A stretch of DNA of 64,000 nt from positions 124,001 to 188,000 of the forward strand of contig JAQGDQ010000024.1 in NCBI GenBank assembly GCA_030141605.1, in the 5' to 3' direction. Positions 52,701-64,000 of the stretch are shown here, piece by piece. The notes under the pieces were generated by a model. That model saw only the letters and a program-made list of their open reading frames with translations, did not search any database and was not told where the DNA came from. Position numbers and translations under genes: made by a program. The DNA is from Tubiluchus corallicola (Eukaryota > Animalia > Priapulida). The stretch's first letter is position 1, and each line of letters opens with the position of its first letter.

Positions 52701-55700
52701 CAGTTTTATCAGTGAAAAGATATTGCACCTATAAAATAGAAATGAGTAAGAACACATTGTTTGCAAACAACACAGTGTGAAATGTCATAGAAAATATCCA
52801 ACTATAAACATTTACGTTTACAAAAATTAAAAAACTCTCAGATATATAAAATTTTTAATTGGCTTGTTTGATCACATCACTAAATATCAATAGATGTTAT
52901 AGATAAAATTTAAAATGCAAAGTAATACGCCTAAAAGGTGTTACTTTTACGAATTTTGCAGTACATATATCAAATGATTTGTACATACCTGACCTAACTC
53001 TTCGTTAAGATTAGATGTTCTGGCCACAGCAGGTGTATCACTCATTTCGTCATACATGTCTTGATCCTGGAAAATGACAAGTATCGCGTTAAAAAATTTA
53101 CACAGACAGAAAGGCCCAGTATGGCAATGACTGGTCATACACATACGTACAGAATCAATCAACAAATGACATTAACTTGCTTAGCTTGTGTTCCTGGCCA
53201 CAGTACAATAAACAAACACGATACTAATAAAAACAATAATAAAATTTCTATAGTATGTTTCAGTGGTATAGTACGCTCTTATAGTATCCTATTTACTATT
53301 TAGCAATACATGCCTAAGTCTATAGTTATTATAAGAAGGGATTGATAAATAGTGCGACTGCATGAGAACCTAGCTCATTATCCATGATAGTCTTCTAACA
53401 CTGTACATACCATATTGATGAAAAGTGCTTGTATAAAGCGAACGACCTCCAAGGTAACTTGTAAACTGATTGGAATGAGATTATTGTAAACAATGATATA
53501 AGTGAGAAAATTGTAGCCAAAATTGTTGCTAGACAGTTCTGAAATAAAAAATACAGATGTCACTGTAGACAAAAGTGTTTAACAATTACTGAATGCAAAC
53601 CAAGTCATCTGGTACTCTAAGTAGCTACTAACCTTTCACATTTTATGAAATAGTATCAGACATGCCAACCATTTGAAGTAAAAATGATTGGGAAAGTCAG
53701 AAAGCCAGAGATCAACTCGCCCCTGGCAAGAGTCCCCAAATTTTTTTGGTTTATTTGGATACCAAAAGCAAGTTATCAAAAAATTAAGGCAAAAAATAAA
53801 AATAAATTGGGGAAATTTTTGATGTGCTTAATTTTCAATAATTGTAATACCTTTTAATGTAATATGCATTGTGAGACTCATGTACTATATTACTGAGAGT
53901 AGTACTGCTAATTGTGTTGTGGTTGGTAGTGATGGCAAAGGAAACCAGGTGATTTGCAAGCTTGCATGCAAAGTCCCAGAATGTATGAGAAATGAAATTC
54001 CATGTGTGTGCACATGTGAAAGAGTTAAAATGCATGTGACACAGCCTAATGCGTGAGAGTTGGCAGGTCTGCGGTATGACTGTTACATCCAACTACGAAG
54101 ATAGACATTGCACTGATCTTACTGAACTGAAAAGTAATGCTTACTGCCTATGGAGCTAATAAAGAGCTCCCGTTTCAGAGAGAATAATGTCTAGAATTTC
54201 TTCTGATGAGACAAAGCACTACTATGCTAAGCTGAAAATCTTCGGCGTTATTCAACTTGTCTGTGCCTCATATCAGTTTTACTGACAAATTCAGCTAGTG
54301 CTTTTGGGACTGGGAAATAACATGCAGACAGAGAGGCCTAATTTAAAGAAAAAAATGATTTGCTTTAACATTTATTAAACATTTTTGACATTCTTTTAAA
54401 AATTATATGTCACAGTAATGTACAAACATACTAAGTTCACTAAAGTTCCAGCTTAAGGTCAAAAAGAACAAAATAAAACGAAGCAAGTACTCAAATTTTA
54501 AGTATGAAGCATTTTTAAACAAAAATGAGTCAAATGCGTACCATCAATGCCAAGGTACCAGTCTAAGTGTATGTGCCATTTATTCCACACTTCCCCTGCC
54601 ACAGCAGAAATTAGACACAGTACAATGAGCACCATGAACATCATCAATATTTGAGTGTTAGTGATTCGATCAACAGTAGAGCGCTTCAATGGTGCAGGAC
54701 TAGAATTCTGAAAACACAAGATAAATAAAGAATTTTAGTATTGTGAAAAACTAAAATACCAGTCAATTAAAAATTTGAAATTGATTTAGTGAAAAACACA
54801 TTAATAATTCAAAACTTAAATAAGTACAAACATTATGCCTTTCTTTCTCATACAAAATTTAGAAATTAAGAATTCATTACTATTATCTTTTAAATAAAGG
54901 GAGAAACGGACAGCCCATTATATGTGGACAAAAACTGGCCTAAAATCATAAAAAACGGCACATAAAATTTTTAAATCGTTTAAAAAATTATGGAGGCATC
55001 TGTGACTTCAGTCTGGCTGTTTTTCCCATTAATCAATAAGATTTGCATATAAGTTGAAAATGAATATGTAACCACTGTGAAAACTCATGATATAGATTGC
55101 TTAAACATACATTCGCAAATAATCCAGACAAATTTGGTGCTCTTTTATTTAAAAATTAAACATGCTACTCACCATTACAAGTTTCGTTTCATGCCCAGTA
55201 TAGACAACAATCCCAAATATCCACTTTGTATTCCGCAGCATGGCGCCTCGTAACAACAACTGATCTGGGCCAAGTGGGATCGCCCTGAAACAAATATATA
55301 TTGCTCAGAGCAATTGCGGCTTCACAACATTAAAATACTAGTATAGCAATTTGCAAAGCTTTGCTTCAAAGAACTTTAGGAAGTGAATGTTGAGTAATAA
55401 CCGAACAACACAAATTTCACAGATTAACATGAGAAATAAATAATAGCGAATAAGTTGTTATTAGGACAAATTAATTATCAACATTATCTACATGACAGAA
55501 TGAGAAATATGCACTCTGTATTTACCATAATTATTATTCTCTTATTATTCCCTTACTATACAAAAAAACTTAAGCATTGATACAGCCAATTGTAAAATTG
55601 ACCAACAAGTTGATTACACTTAATACTTATTTTTCAAATACTTCTTTTGATTGCTAAAACATTTTTTAAAAAAATTAGAGTAGATATTTAGCCTTTAGAC

Positions 55701-58700
55701 TTTGCTTGCCAGAACTTGCTTTTCTTCATTTGCCCTAATTGCCTAGCATTAAAATGCATAAAAATTCGTTAAAATATTCATAAGCTAGCTTATACACATT
55801 AACAAAAAATGTAAAAGTTTGAAAATGCTCCGTGGTTTGATTACATGTTCTCATCACAAAGATAAATTTTAAGCAGCAGAAATAGCAGCAAGGTTAACTG
55901 AATGCATGCATAATTTAAGAAATCATTTGAACTTGTACGTACGTGCGACCTGATGGTCGTATGTTTCCAGCAAAGTCATACAGATGTTTGTTCGGTGGTT
56001 CACACTCAATGGTTCCTCCTAGTTGCATTAGATCTTCATGACTGAGTAAGTTTGCAGTCTGAGACAAACCTTGTCGAATCTTGAGGTTCGTCTCCCCATC
56101 TAAGTTTGATGTCTCTATGTAACACATAGCCTGCGGCTCGCTGAAAAGTTTAGACAAATTTACGTGAAATACATAAATAAAACAAATTGACCATTAAAAG
56201 AAATTATAAAGACACTGATTTATGATGAGTTTATAACAACTTGTGTTTGATTTCAATCAATCTCATCAATCACGGGCCCACTAACATAAACCCCTTTCTT
56301 CTCTACACCAAAAAGTTGAACACTTATTTAGAGCTATTTTAAAGTACATTGTAAAGAAGTAATCAGTAAATATCATTAAAAGCTTTTTGAAATGTAATCA
56401 ATTTTAAAGAACTTTTATATGAGTATTTGGATATACTGTCTAAACTGTCTTGTTATTTGTAATAGAAATTATTGGTTGTGAGTTTGATAAACCATAAAAT
56501 TAATATTTACTATTCCTCGTATGTAATGCTACTATTATATTATCAAGTATTCTGTCACCCTAAGGTCCTATTATAAAAAATTGAAGTTTTAATGAATATA
56601 CCTTTAGTATTAAATTCCCAAAATAAAAGCATAGAAATAATGGGGCGATCGACCATGTAGGTAAATTTATCTAAACTTGAATAGTTGCTGACCAAACAAA
56701 AAACTAAAGGCAAATGCCACAAAAGCAATACGTTTACTTAAAGTTTATTGCATAACTGATAGTCAGTCAAGCATTCCTGCACGTCAAGTATGTGGAGCAG
56801 CTTTAATAAACAATAGATAATGCCCATTGACAAGACAATGAAACAGGCAAAAAACGGGTACTGATAGGTTAACATACCTTGAAGCTAACAGCATAAGATC
56901 TGCAGGGAAGAAGTGACCATTGGTGACTTTCACAATGTCTCCTACCTTCACTTGTGACCATTTCACAGACGTCCATTGTCCAGCCCGTAGCACTGAAACA
57001 CAGATCAAAGTGAACTTAAAATTAGAACATAAAAATTATTAAAAAAAAATAAAAATACAGTTATTTTCAAGAGCCACGATGACATATTTCAAATAGTTTA
57101 AAATGAAAAACCACAAAATATAATGTATTTACTAAAAGAAAATTTAAAACATGAAATAAAATAGAACTAAGGGGCAAACAAGGATGTCCTTAATAATACT
57201 TACCTTGCACTATGGAATTATTCCTCTTTCCATCAGCTTTGTGTCGTTTCTAAAGGACAAAAAACAGAAGATCAGATAAAGACACCTATCTGGTATACTA
57301 AACTAAGAACATTGTTATACTGATTCTGGAATTAAAGAATCGCATGCTTTTCACTCTGAAAGTCTTCAGATAAACTTATTCACATGTTGAAAATATTGAT
57401 AGTCATCAATCATAAACAGTTACCTTACACTTAATAACATTTATTTTAACTGCAAATGCTGCATTTTCTACTTTTCGCACTTTAAGCATATTATAACTAA
57501 ATACCAAAAAGGAAAGACAGCCAAAAAAATGAAAATCATATTTAAATCTTGGAAGGCTATTTTCTGCAATGTTAAAATGTGCAACCTTTCAGTCTAACAT
57601 AGTGTCTACTGGATAACATAACAGTGATTTCCACATTCAGATTCTTGCCATGGGATTGGAGAAATTTGATTTCAGTCAACAAAACATAAGCAAATTACGA
57701 ATAAAAGCTGAATGCTTACGTAATCCTCAATAATTTCCTTGATAGCAGACACCGAGAGAATAAACAGCAGGGGAACCGCTGTTGTATATCGTCCTGTTGG
57801 TGAAACTCCTGGAATTTGCTAAAACAGACACAGCATATATAACACACTAAGTGATTAGGAGTTGGTTGGGAGAAACTAATTTGCTGCAAGTGTTAGCATG
57901 TTCAGGCATAAAAATGCTAGTTCATTTCAAATGGTCTGTGAATATCAGAAACAGAATAACTGCAATGGTAAAGAGAAAGACAAGAAGAGTGGGTCTTTTA
58001 CACAAATATTCCAATAGAAAAATCTTTCATTAGAACTATTTAGGTCAAAGTATCTATTAATAAACTATAGTCTATAAGCAAAAATACAAAACATACAGTA
58101 AAAATTTTATGGCATTTTAACATAGATACAGCATCCCGGAAGGGTCCAAAGGTCATAGAATGCTTTATTTTGACTAAGGAGCCATCACAAGTGTCTGACA
58201 TATATGCAAAAGAATAAAAAATTAAATAACTTATAATTTTGAAGATAAAAACTAACTTGAAATTAACTTAATAAGTATGGTAAAATCTACTTGGTTTTCG
58301 TTTTATTTTATTTATTACATAATTCTGCTACATAATGCAACTCTGCTACATACAATATACTTAATTTGTAAAAACAAATCTTGACAATTATACGTAACTC
58401 TTCACATAACATCAACATACAGGTTACACCAATAACAAAATTAGTACAGACCCTTGGTACAGACTAAATAAAAATGACCTTTTTCTATTCGAATTTTACT
58501 AAAGACACCTTTCAGGAAATAATGTGCACATTGCTTGGAATTATTTAAAAATGGTTAAATTAAATGATTTTTGTTCACAGGAATTTTAACTTGCTGCTCA
58601 GGAAAGCATGGGATGGCTATAATATTCAGAATGGTATCATATTCACTCAGTTTGTATTAAACAGGCATTCAAAAAGATGTGTCCCTATATAAGTAAATAT

Positions 58701-61700
58701 TTTTTTCAATACACAGCTTCAACTTTTACAAGATTTAACTTCCGATGTTCATCAGAATCAAGACTTTATGAAAATGCCATTAACAGTCCTAAACTGCACA
58801 TTTGCTCACATTCACATACATGTTTACTTGTCTTAAAAAGGCAGATCTTTCAGAATGTCTAGAAAAACCTAAGACGCAAGTGATGCAAGAGCATTTTCAA
58901 CAAGTTTGCAAAACATTTACATTGAAAAATCAATTTCACAGTGGTCAACCTGGTACAAAAATGCTCTAAACCAGCAGCTTTCATTAAAAGAATTATAAAA
59001 TTATAATTGTCAATAAATTATAATTGTACCTACCTGAAGCAAAGCGATGAAAAGAAAGAAGATGTTGGCATAACGACGAAATTGTTCAAAAAGGAACTTT
59101 GGTAAAAACGTCACAAAACTGTACTTAGCTGTGCTGAAAATAATGTGGAAATTGCTAAAATATACGTAAGCCAGTCAAAGTTTTGCCATTTTATTATTAA
59201 TATAGCAAAGAAAATCATAAATAATATAGGCCTAAGCTGTTAATAATACACTAAAAACATTACTATGTAATTTTTTTTTATTTCAAATTCTACTGATTTC
59301 TGAAGATTCAATCTGTTGTTTAGATTTTACACTGATAGATTTCCAGCATAGAAAATAAATTTAACAGATTTTCAAGAAAAACAGTTTTAAAATATGCACA
59401 TTATTCATACTTTCAACTATCTAATAATAAAATAATAATAGTAGAATGGTTTATTGTCTCTTTAGAGATCACACATACAAGTAACAACAACTTTCAAATA
59501 TAACTTGTGAGATGGAATGACAGAGAGGACCATACGGTCATCACTGCTGTCATCCCATGTTAAGGTGGCTAATGCTGCTGTGAAGGTGGCTAATGTTACT
59601 ATGCTTATTTATAAAAAAACTTAGAAATGAAAAAATCATAACAGTTGCATACTGAACGAAACTTAACTAAAACAAATTTCAAGCAAAACAAAATCATAAC
59701 AAATCAAAATAATATCAACATAAAAAATCAAACGAAAATGCAATTGCAATAATACATGCAAGCAATGAAAAACAAAAGGAATCAAAGCAACGGAATTATT
59801 TTAAATGCCAAAATTTCATACTAGAAACTCAAAATGCTTCATGCAATTTTAATATCTCTTATAATATACATTCAATAAAGTTACTGACTAGACAGTTGAT
59901 CAACTTTTATTTAGAGTTATCTAAATCAACATGGTCTATATTTTAACAAAATTACATGAGAAACAAAATTCAAATTTCAAAATTATAATTATTTAAATCA
60001 GTGAAAAAAATTCTTTTTTCATGTGGAACATAGTAGAAAGGCACAAAATATACTATAAAGAAAGAAACAAAAGGTGAATGACATTAATAGAGTAAATATT
60101 ATATCGTTATTCTATATGTATTAATCAAAGACTTTTTCTATTGTTTCTTAAATGATTTATACGACAGATTTCTTAAGTTTGTGTTTAGAATATTCCAGAT
60201 CAATGTGCTTTGACACCGTAATGACCTTTGACCTAATTTGAAGTTGAACCTTGGTAGAAAAAGAAAGCCTGATATAACAGCTCTAGTGGTGTATGAGTGT
60301 ATATTAGAAAGTTTTGTGTAATAGCTATTAGACAATGGAGGAGAATGGAGGAAGTTATATTTATGCCTAAACTTTGCAAGTTCTAGTTTATATACCTCTT
60401 CTACTTTTAAAATTTCTAATATATAATAATATTGTGTTACATATTCCCCGTGAGGCGCATTAGCAATTATTTTAACGATGTGATTCTGGATTACTGTCTA
60501 TGGATTTAATGAACTAGAAGCTGCTGTACCCCCAAGCGAGGACAGAGTAACTTATAAATGGATATGCTAAAAACTATCATCTAGTTAACCTATTCATCAA
60601 AATAGCTTTAGTAAATATTTTTTGGTTTCTATGCTTTACGTTCAACAAAATAGCAATATACAGCCACCAGCATACCAATATAAAATACAATTTTTTCCTG
60701 ATATCTAAACTTGTAAGCTTATACAACATTGATATGTGGCAATATACATAATGCACATATGCACTTGTTATATGTGTATACGCACACTGTATTTAATTAA
60801 CTAAAATAAAATTATTACTGGTTACATTAGATTTTTAAACCAACCTGACTTTGTTGGTGCAGAACTGTATGGGCTGCTCTTTATTTATAAAGATAACTCT
60901 CTGTTCTGCTGATTCGTTAACCTCGGTGATTCCAGATGTCCTATCATCTTCATCATCTAACAAAATAAGATGTAATAAAAAATAAACTTGTGATGTACTG
61001 TGAAACTCTGCCAATATTTTGTCTCATGCACCACATTAGCAACAGGCAGCAAGTCTTTTATGTTGTACAAGCAGTCCAAGAATTGCAACAACATAACAAT
61101 CAATAAGACAAGCTCTAAATCATCACTGACATTGTAGGTGCACAAATCTAAGCTAAGCAGTTTCTAAACAAGAAATGTTTAAAATGAATTTGATGTGAGT
61201 TTTTTAAATGCACATGGTAATAAGTGGAATTTAAGTTAACATCTCATTTTTTAATAAATGGTTTTCTCTAAAAAAATGAAAAGTAGAATGTTTCGTTGAA
61301 ATTTGAGTTGAATCTATATGAAGCATTTTCATAATTATATTATGAACTGCAAATGTCAAAATTACTAGTATATAATAAGAAGTGAATATAACAATTATAA
61401 GTTCGTGAGAAGTGAACTTAAAGGTGTGCACTTAGTACAACTTTACATTTTAACAAGCAAAGATGCGATTTTAGTCCTGCATTCTATACCCAAATAGGGT
61501 AAGAAGAGTAGAAGACTAAAATTGTGTTTGCAAGAAAAAAAGACCAAGCATTCAATTCATTAAAAGTATAACTTCTTCAAATTTAGAGATTTTGACGAGC
61601 TGAATAAAATAGCTCCTGGTGCTGGTAAGACTGTAGTATCCAGGCAGTATTGGGTGTGCTATTGATTTTCTTCCACCTCGTTTAACTGCTTAGCTATCCA

Positions 61701-63923
61701 TAACAGCTCTTGTCTAACACTCTGGGACTGACATCTGTTTTACAAGCTAACAAGACTCTGAGGGTTTCATCAACTCAACAGCTGCAGTCCAGCTTTAAGG
61801 TCATATTTGATTCGCCTTGAACAATAATTCCATCTCCAATTGAATCTTCAGAAAAATTATTTCATTTTGGTCAGAATGTTAACAATTTCTGCACAGTTTC
61901 AACCAGTAGATAAGACAAGATTTGTTTTTGCTTTTGAAAAAAATTCTTTCTCTTTTTAGAATTAACTTTGTTTTTCACATTTATGTTAACACTGTAAGAA
62001 TCTACTCTGGAGTATCCAAATAACAAGTTATAGTAGTTTCCTTTTCAAAAATTTTGCTTGATTTAGTGGGAAACCAGCATCTTTTTAACATGGCTTTTTC
62101 ATTTTAAAAACTCACATGAAAGTCATTTTACAACTACAGCATTTAATAATACAAATTACAAACTCACAAAGCACAAGAACTACAAAAATTAGTTAATAAT
62201 TTTACATTCAAGTTGTTAGTAGACATATAGATAACTCGCATAACTTGTGAATGACACATCTATCCCTAAGATGTGTAATGGGATGAAGCATATATGCACA
62301 CTACAACAGTGTTTCTCAACATTGGTCTTTTGACTCTATTTGGGGTTGTCTAACCATTTGCATGGGGTCGTGATTATACACCAGTATTTTCAAAAATGAA
62401 AATATTTCCAAGCACCAGCCTCTTATGATATACGACGTAACAGCTGGCGGAGTGAGTAAACAATATAGTAATATTTATAGCTATGCATCTATTGCATACA
62501 TTATTGTAACTTTTCACACAATACTATTTCCTATAATTTTCTGTTAAACTTTTAGGCACTCTTAGCAAACATTTTAGCAGAAGCAAGATCAAAGTATAAA
62601 AGTTGTTATTGGCAATAAACAAAGAGAAGGTTCATACTTCACACTGATTTAGATAAGTTTTCATTCAATTTGAATAACTGAATTTTTTAAAACAGAACAG
62701 CTTTATCCGGGTAAACAGTTTTTCAATTATTATTAAGAAGAACACCTTTGTTTGATGAAACAGATTTTTAATCATTTTAAATAGCACAGCTTTGTTAAAA
62801 AACAGAACTTTGTTTAATTACTTCACTTATGATATCCAGGTTTCATAAGGACATGAATTTCAGTCATTGGATAGGTCGAATCTTAACTCCACTTGGATAA
62901 AATCATTTTGTCCACTTAAAACTGATTTAAATACTAGTTTTACTGCAGAGGCCTACTATATTGTTTTAATAAAAAAGTTTGTCCAATTTTTCCATCATTA
63001 GGCCTACTATCAATAATCAGCATACCATAACAGCAAAGTATGCAAAGATATGACATAAGCTAGTTTAGGCACAAGAGCACTAATACAGTAGTATTTATTG
63101 TATATTTATGCATGGGGTGCAATTATAATTTAAGATCTTTGGTATACATGAAAAGTTGCCATGGTCAAGGATAACATCACTTATTGATAGAAAATTTAAT
63201 AATGTCATGAAAAATTTTGGGATCCTTGACTAGGGTACAATGTAGTTGAGGGAGTGCGAAGAGTAGCAGCTCCAACTGATCAAAAAGCTGTAAGTTGTCT
63301 TCGACCTTGTATTCAACACTCATTGTAATTATTATATAAATATATCTACAACCAATGCAGCTCAACTTGATAAGTTTTTATAACTACACTGTTGTATAAC
63401 ACTCAGAAGTAAATTGCTTAAACCTCAATGTCACACAATACGTCAATACCTTAAACTTCAAAAGAAGACTCTTCGGGTGCTAATGTTGTAAATACGTCAT
63501 TTAAGTGTATGACTATAATTACACTAGATTTGGATATAATTAGAGTAGATTAGGTAATTAATTTATTTTTCTCCTTCAGTTTACATTATACAGCAATAAA
63601 CTCAAAAAACACAAAGCACAATGGAAATAGAGTGGTGAAAACTAATGGTTAAGCAGTCAACCACAAAAATTTTTAATAACTAATACTATGATGTGCAAAC
63701 TGATCGTAGACCTTTTACTGAAACATAAGAGAAAGCTACCAAACCGGATAGCTAACCTAGTTAGTACGCACTAGTAACTAGCTGGTCCAAAATCACAATA
63801 ATGCTAAAAAACACCAGATAAAAATAACCTCCTAAATCATTACTGTGCACTACAACTAACAAAATTACCTTCGTCAAGGCGCTGCCCATCTTGAATGTGA
63901 AGCTTTTTTGATATTCCCGACAT
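40711..63923 (-). CDS. ATP8A1: Phospholipid-transporting P4-ATPase, ATP8A1/ATP8A2 class, about 1149 aa from 32 core exons
   Basis: Exons (minus): 63923-63869 (putative first), 60956-60845, 59133-59034, 57818-57720, 57249-57204, 56992-56878, 56140-55943, 55284-55173, 54707-54542, 53538-53411, 53066-52989, 52728-52640, 52160-51985, 51665-51583, 51399-51350, 50920-50851, 50728-50644, 50300-50161, 49824-49621, 49427-49335, 49057-48975, 48791-48686, 47859-47782, 47505-47395, 47115-47041, 46811-46689, 45863-45785, 44530-44469, 44190-44134, 43757-43561, 43113-42932, 40808-40711 (TAG). Motifs [52 protein letters not shown]. Likely the single invertebrate co-ortholog of ATP8A1/2. Confidence 0.95.
40902..41328. 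mobile_element. Degenerate foldback/MITE in last ATP8A intron
   Basis: IR GTCGTGCAGTT/AACTGCACGAC at the ends and inner IRs GAGGCATTT/AAATGCCTC and CGTAAC/GTTACG. Confidence 0.4.
44624..45391. mobile_element. hAT-superfamily non-autonomous element
   Basis: TIRs TAGTGTTGTCTGATA / TATCGAACAACACTA; 8-bp flanks CTGTGTGT vs CCGTGTGC (two C/T transitions). Confidence 0.7.
59422..60570 (-). mobile_element. 5'-truncated non-LTR retrotransposon (CR1/L2-like) 3' end
   Basis: Minus strand encodes a decayed RT C-terminus ([15 protein letters not shown]...IHSYTTR...[15 protein letters not shown]....SFKKQ), then a 3'UTR with GACAG..GACC..GGTC..CTGTC stem-loop (about 59519-59551), AATAAA and a (TTA)n tail. 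Confidence 0.75.
62307..63180. mobile_element. Possible hAT-Charlie-like non-autonomous element (right end approximate)
   Basis: Starts CAGTGTTTCTCAAC followed by GGGGTCG-type subterminal motifs; right TIR degraded. Confidence 0.4.
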
Positions 63924-64000
63924 CCGTGCAACATCAGTTATCGGCTGCCTTTAATTCACAAGTCATAACTAGCAATCTTTTACCAAATATTCCCAACAAT

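Noticed and set aside
1-64000. CRISPR arrays, operons, prokaryotic defence systems, or a variant nuclear genetic code
   Set aside because: Sequence is spliceosomal-intron-rich eukaryotic DNA with no regularly spaced repeats. TAA, TAG and TGA all act as normal terminal stops, and Trp is encoded by TGG. Most short ORFs in the track are intronic noise or antisense to real exons.

Overview
AT-rich, intron-containing animal genomic DNA (an invertebrate; the taxon cannot be fixed from sequence alone). I reconstructed four spliced protein-coding genes by hand from GT-AG sites and conserved motifs. MVD (+, 238-9903) has its first exon upstream of the window. TRMT9B/KIAA1456 (-, 15319-25181) has about 700 aa of low-complexity sequence inside the methyltransferase fold. 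LIAS lipoyl synthase (+, 32141-38915) lies head-to-head with TRMT9B. An ATP8A-type P4-ATPase flippase (-, 40711-63923, 32 core exons) lies tail-to-tail with LIAS. Introns carry MITEs (pogo/Tc2, hAT, foldbacks), LINE relics and tRNA/5S-derived fragments. Most notable: (1) splicing LIAS exon 2 to the homologous exon-3 acceptor creates an in-frame TG|A stop, and only a tandem acceptor 21 nt upstream gives an open frame; (2) a cluster of candidate cassette/micro-exons (66, 40+26, 12 and 45 nt) lies just before the GYAFS regulatory motif of ATP8A; (3) an MVD exon starts with a perfect AG|GTAAGT recursive-splice motif. All splicing claims are predictions without RNA data. No CRISPR arrays, intact rRNA/tRNA genes or prokaryotic systems were seen.
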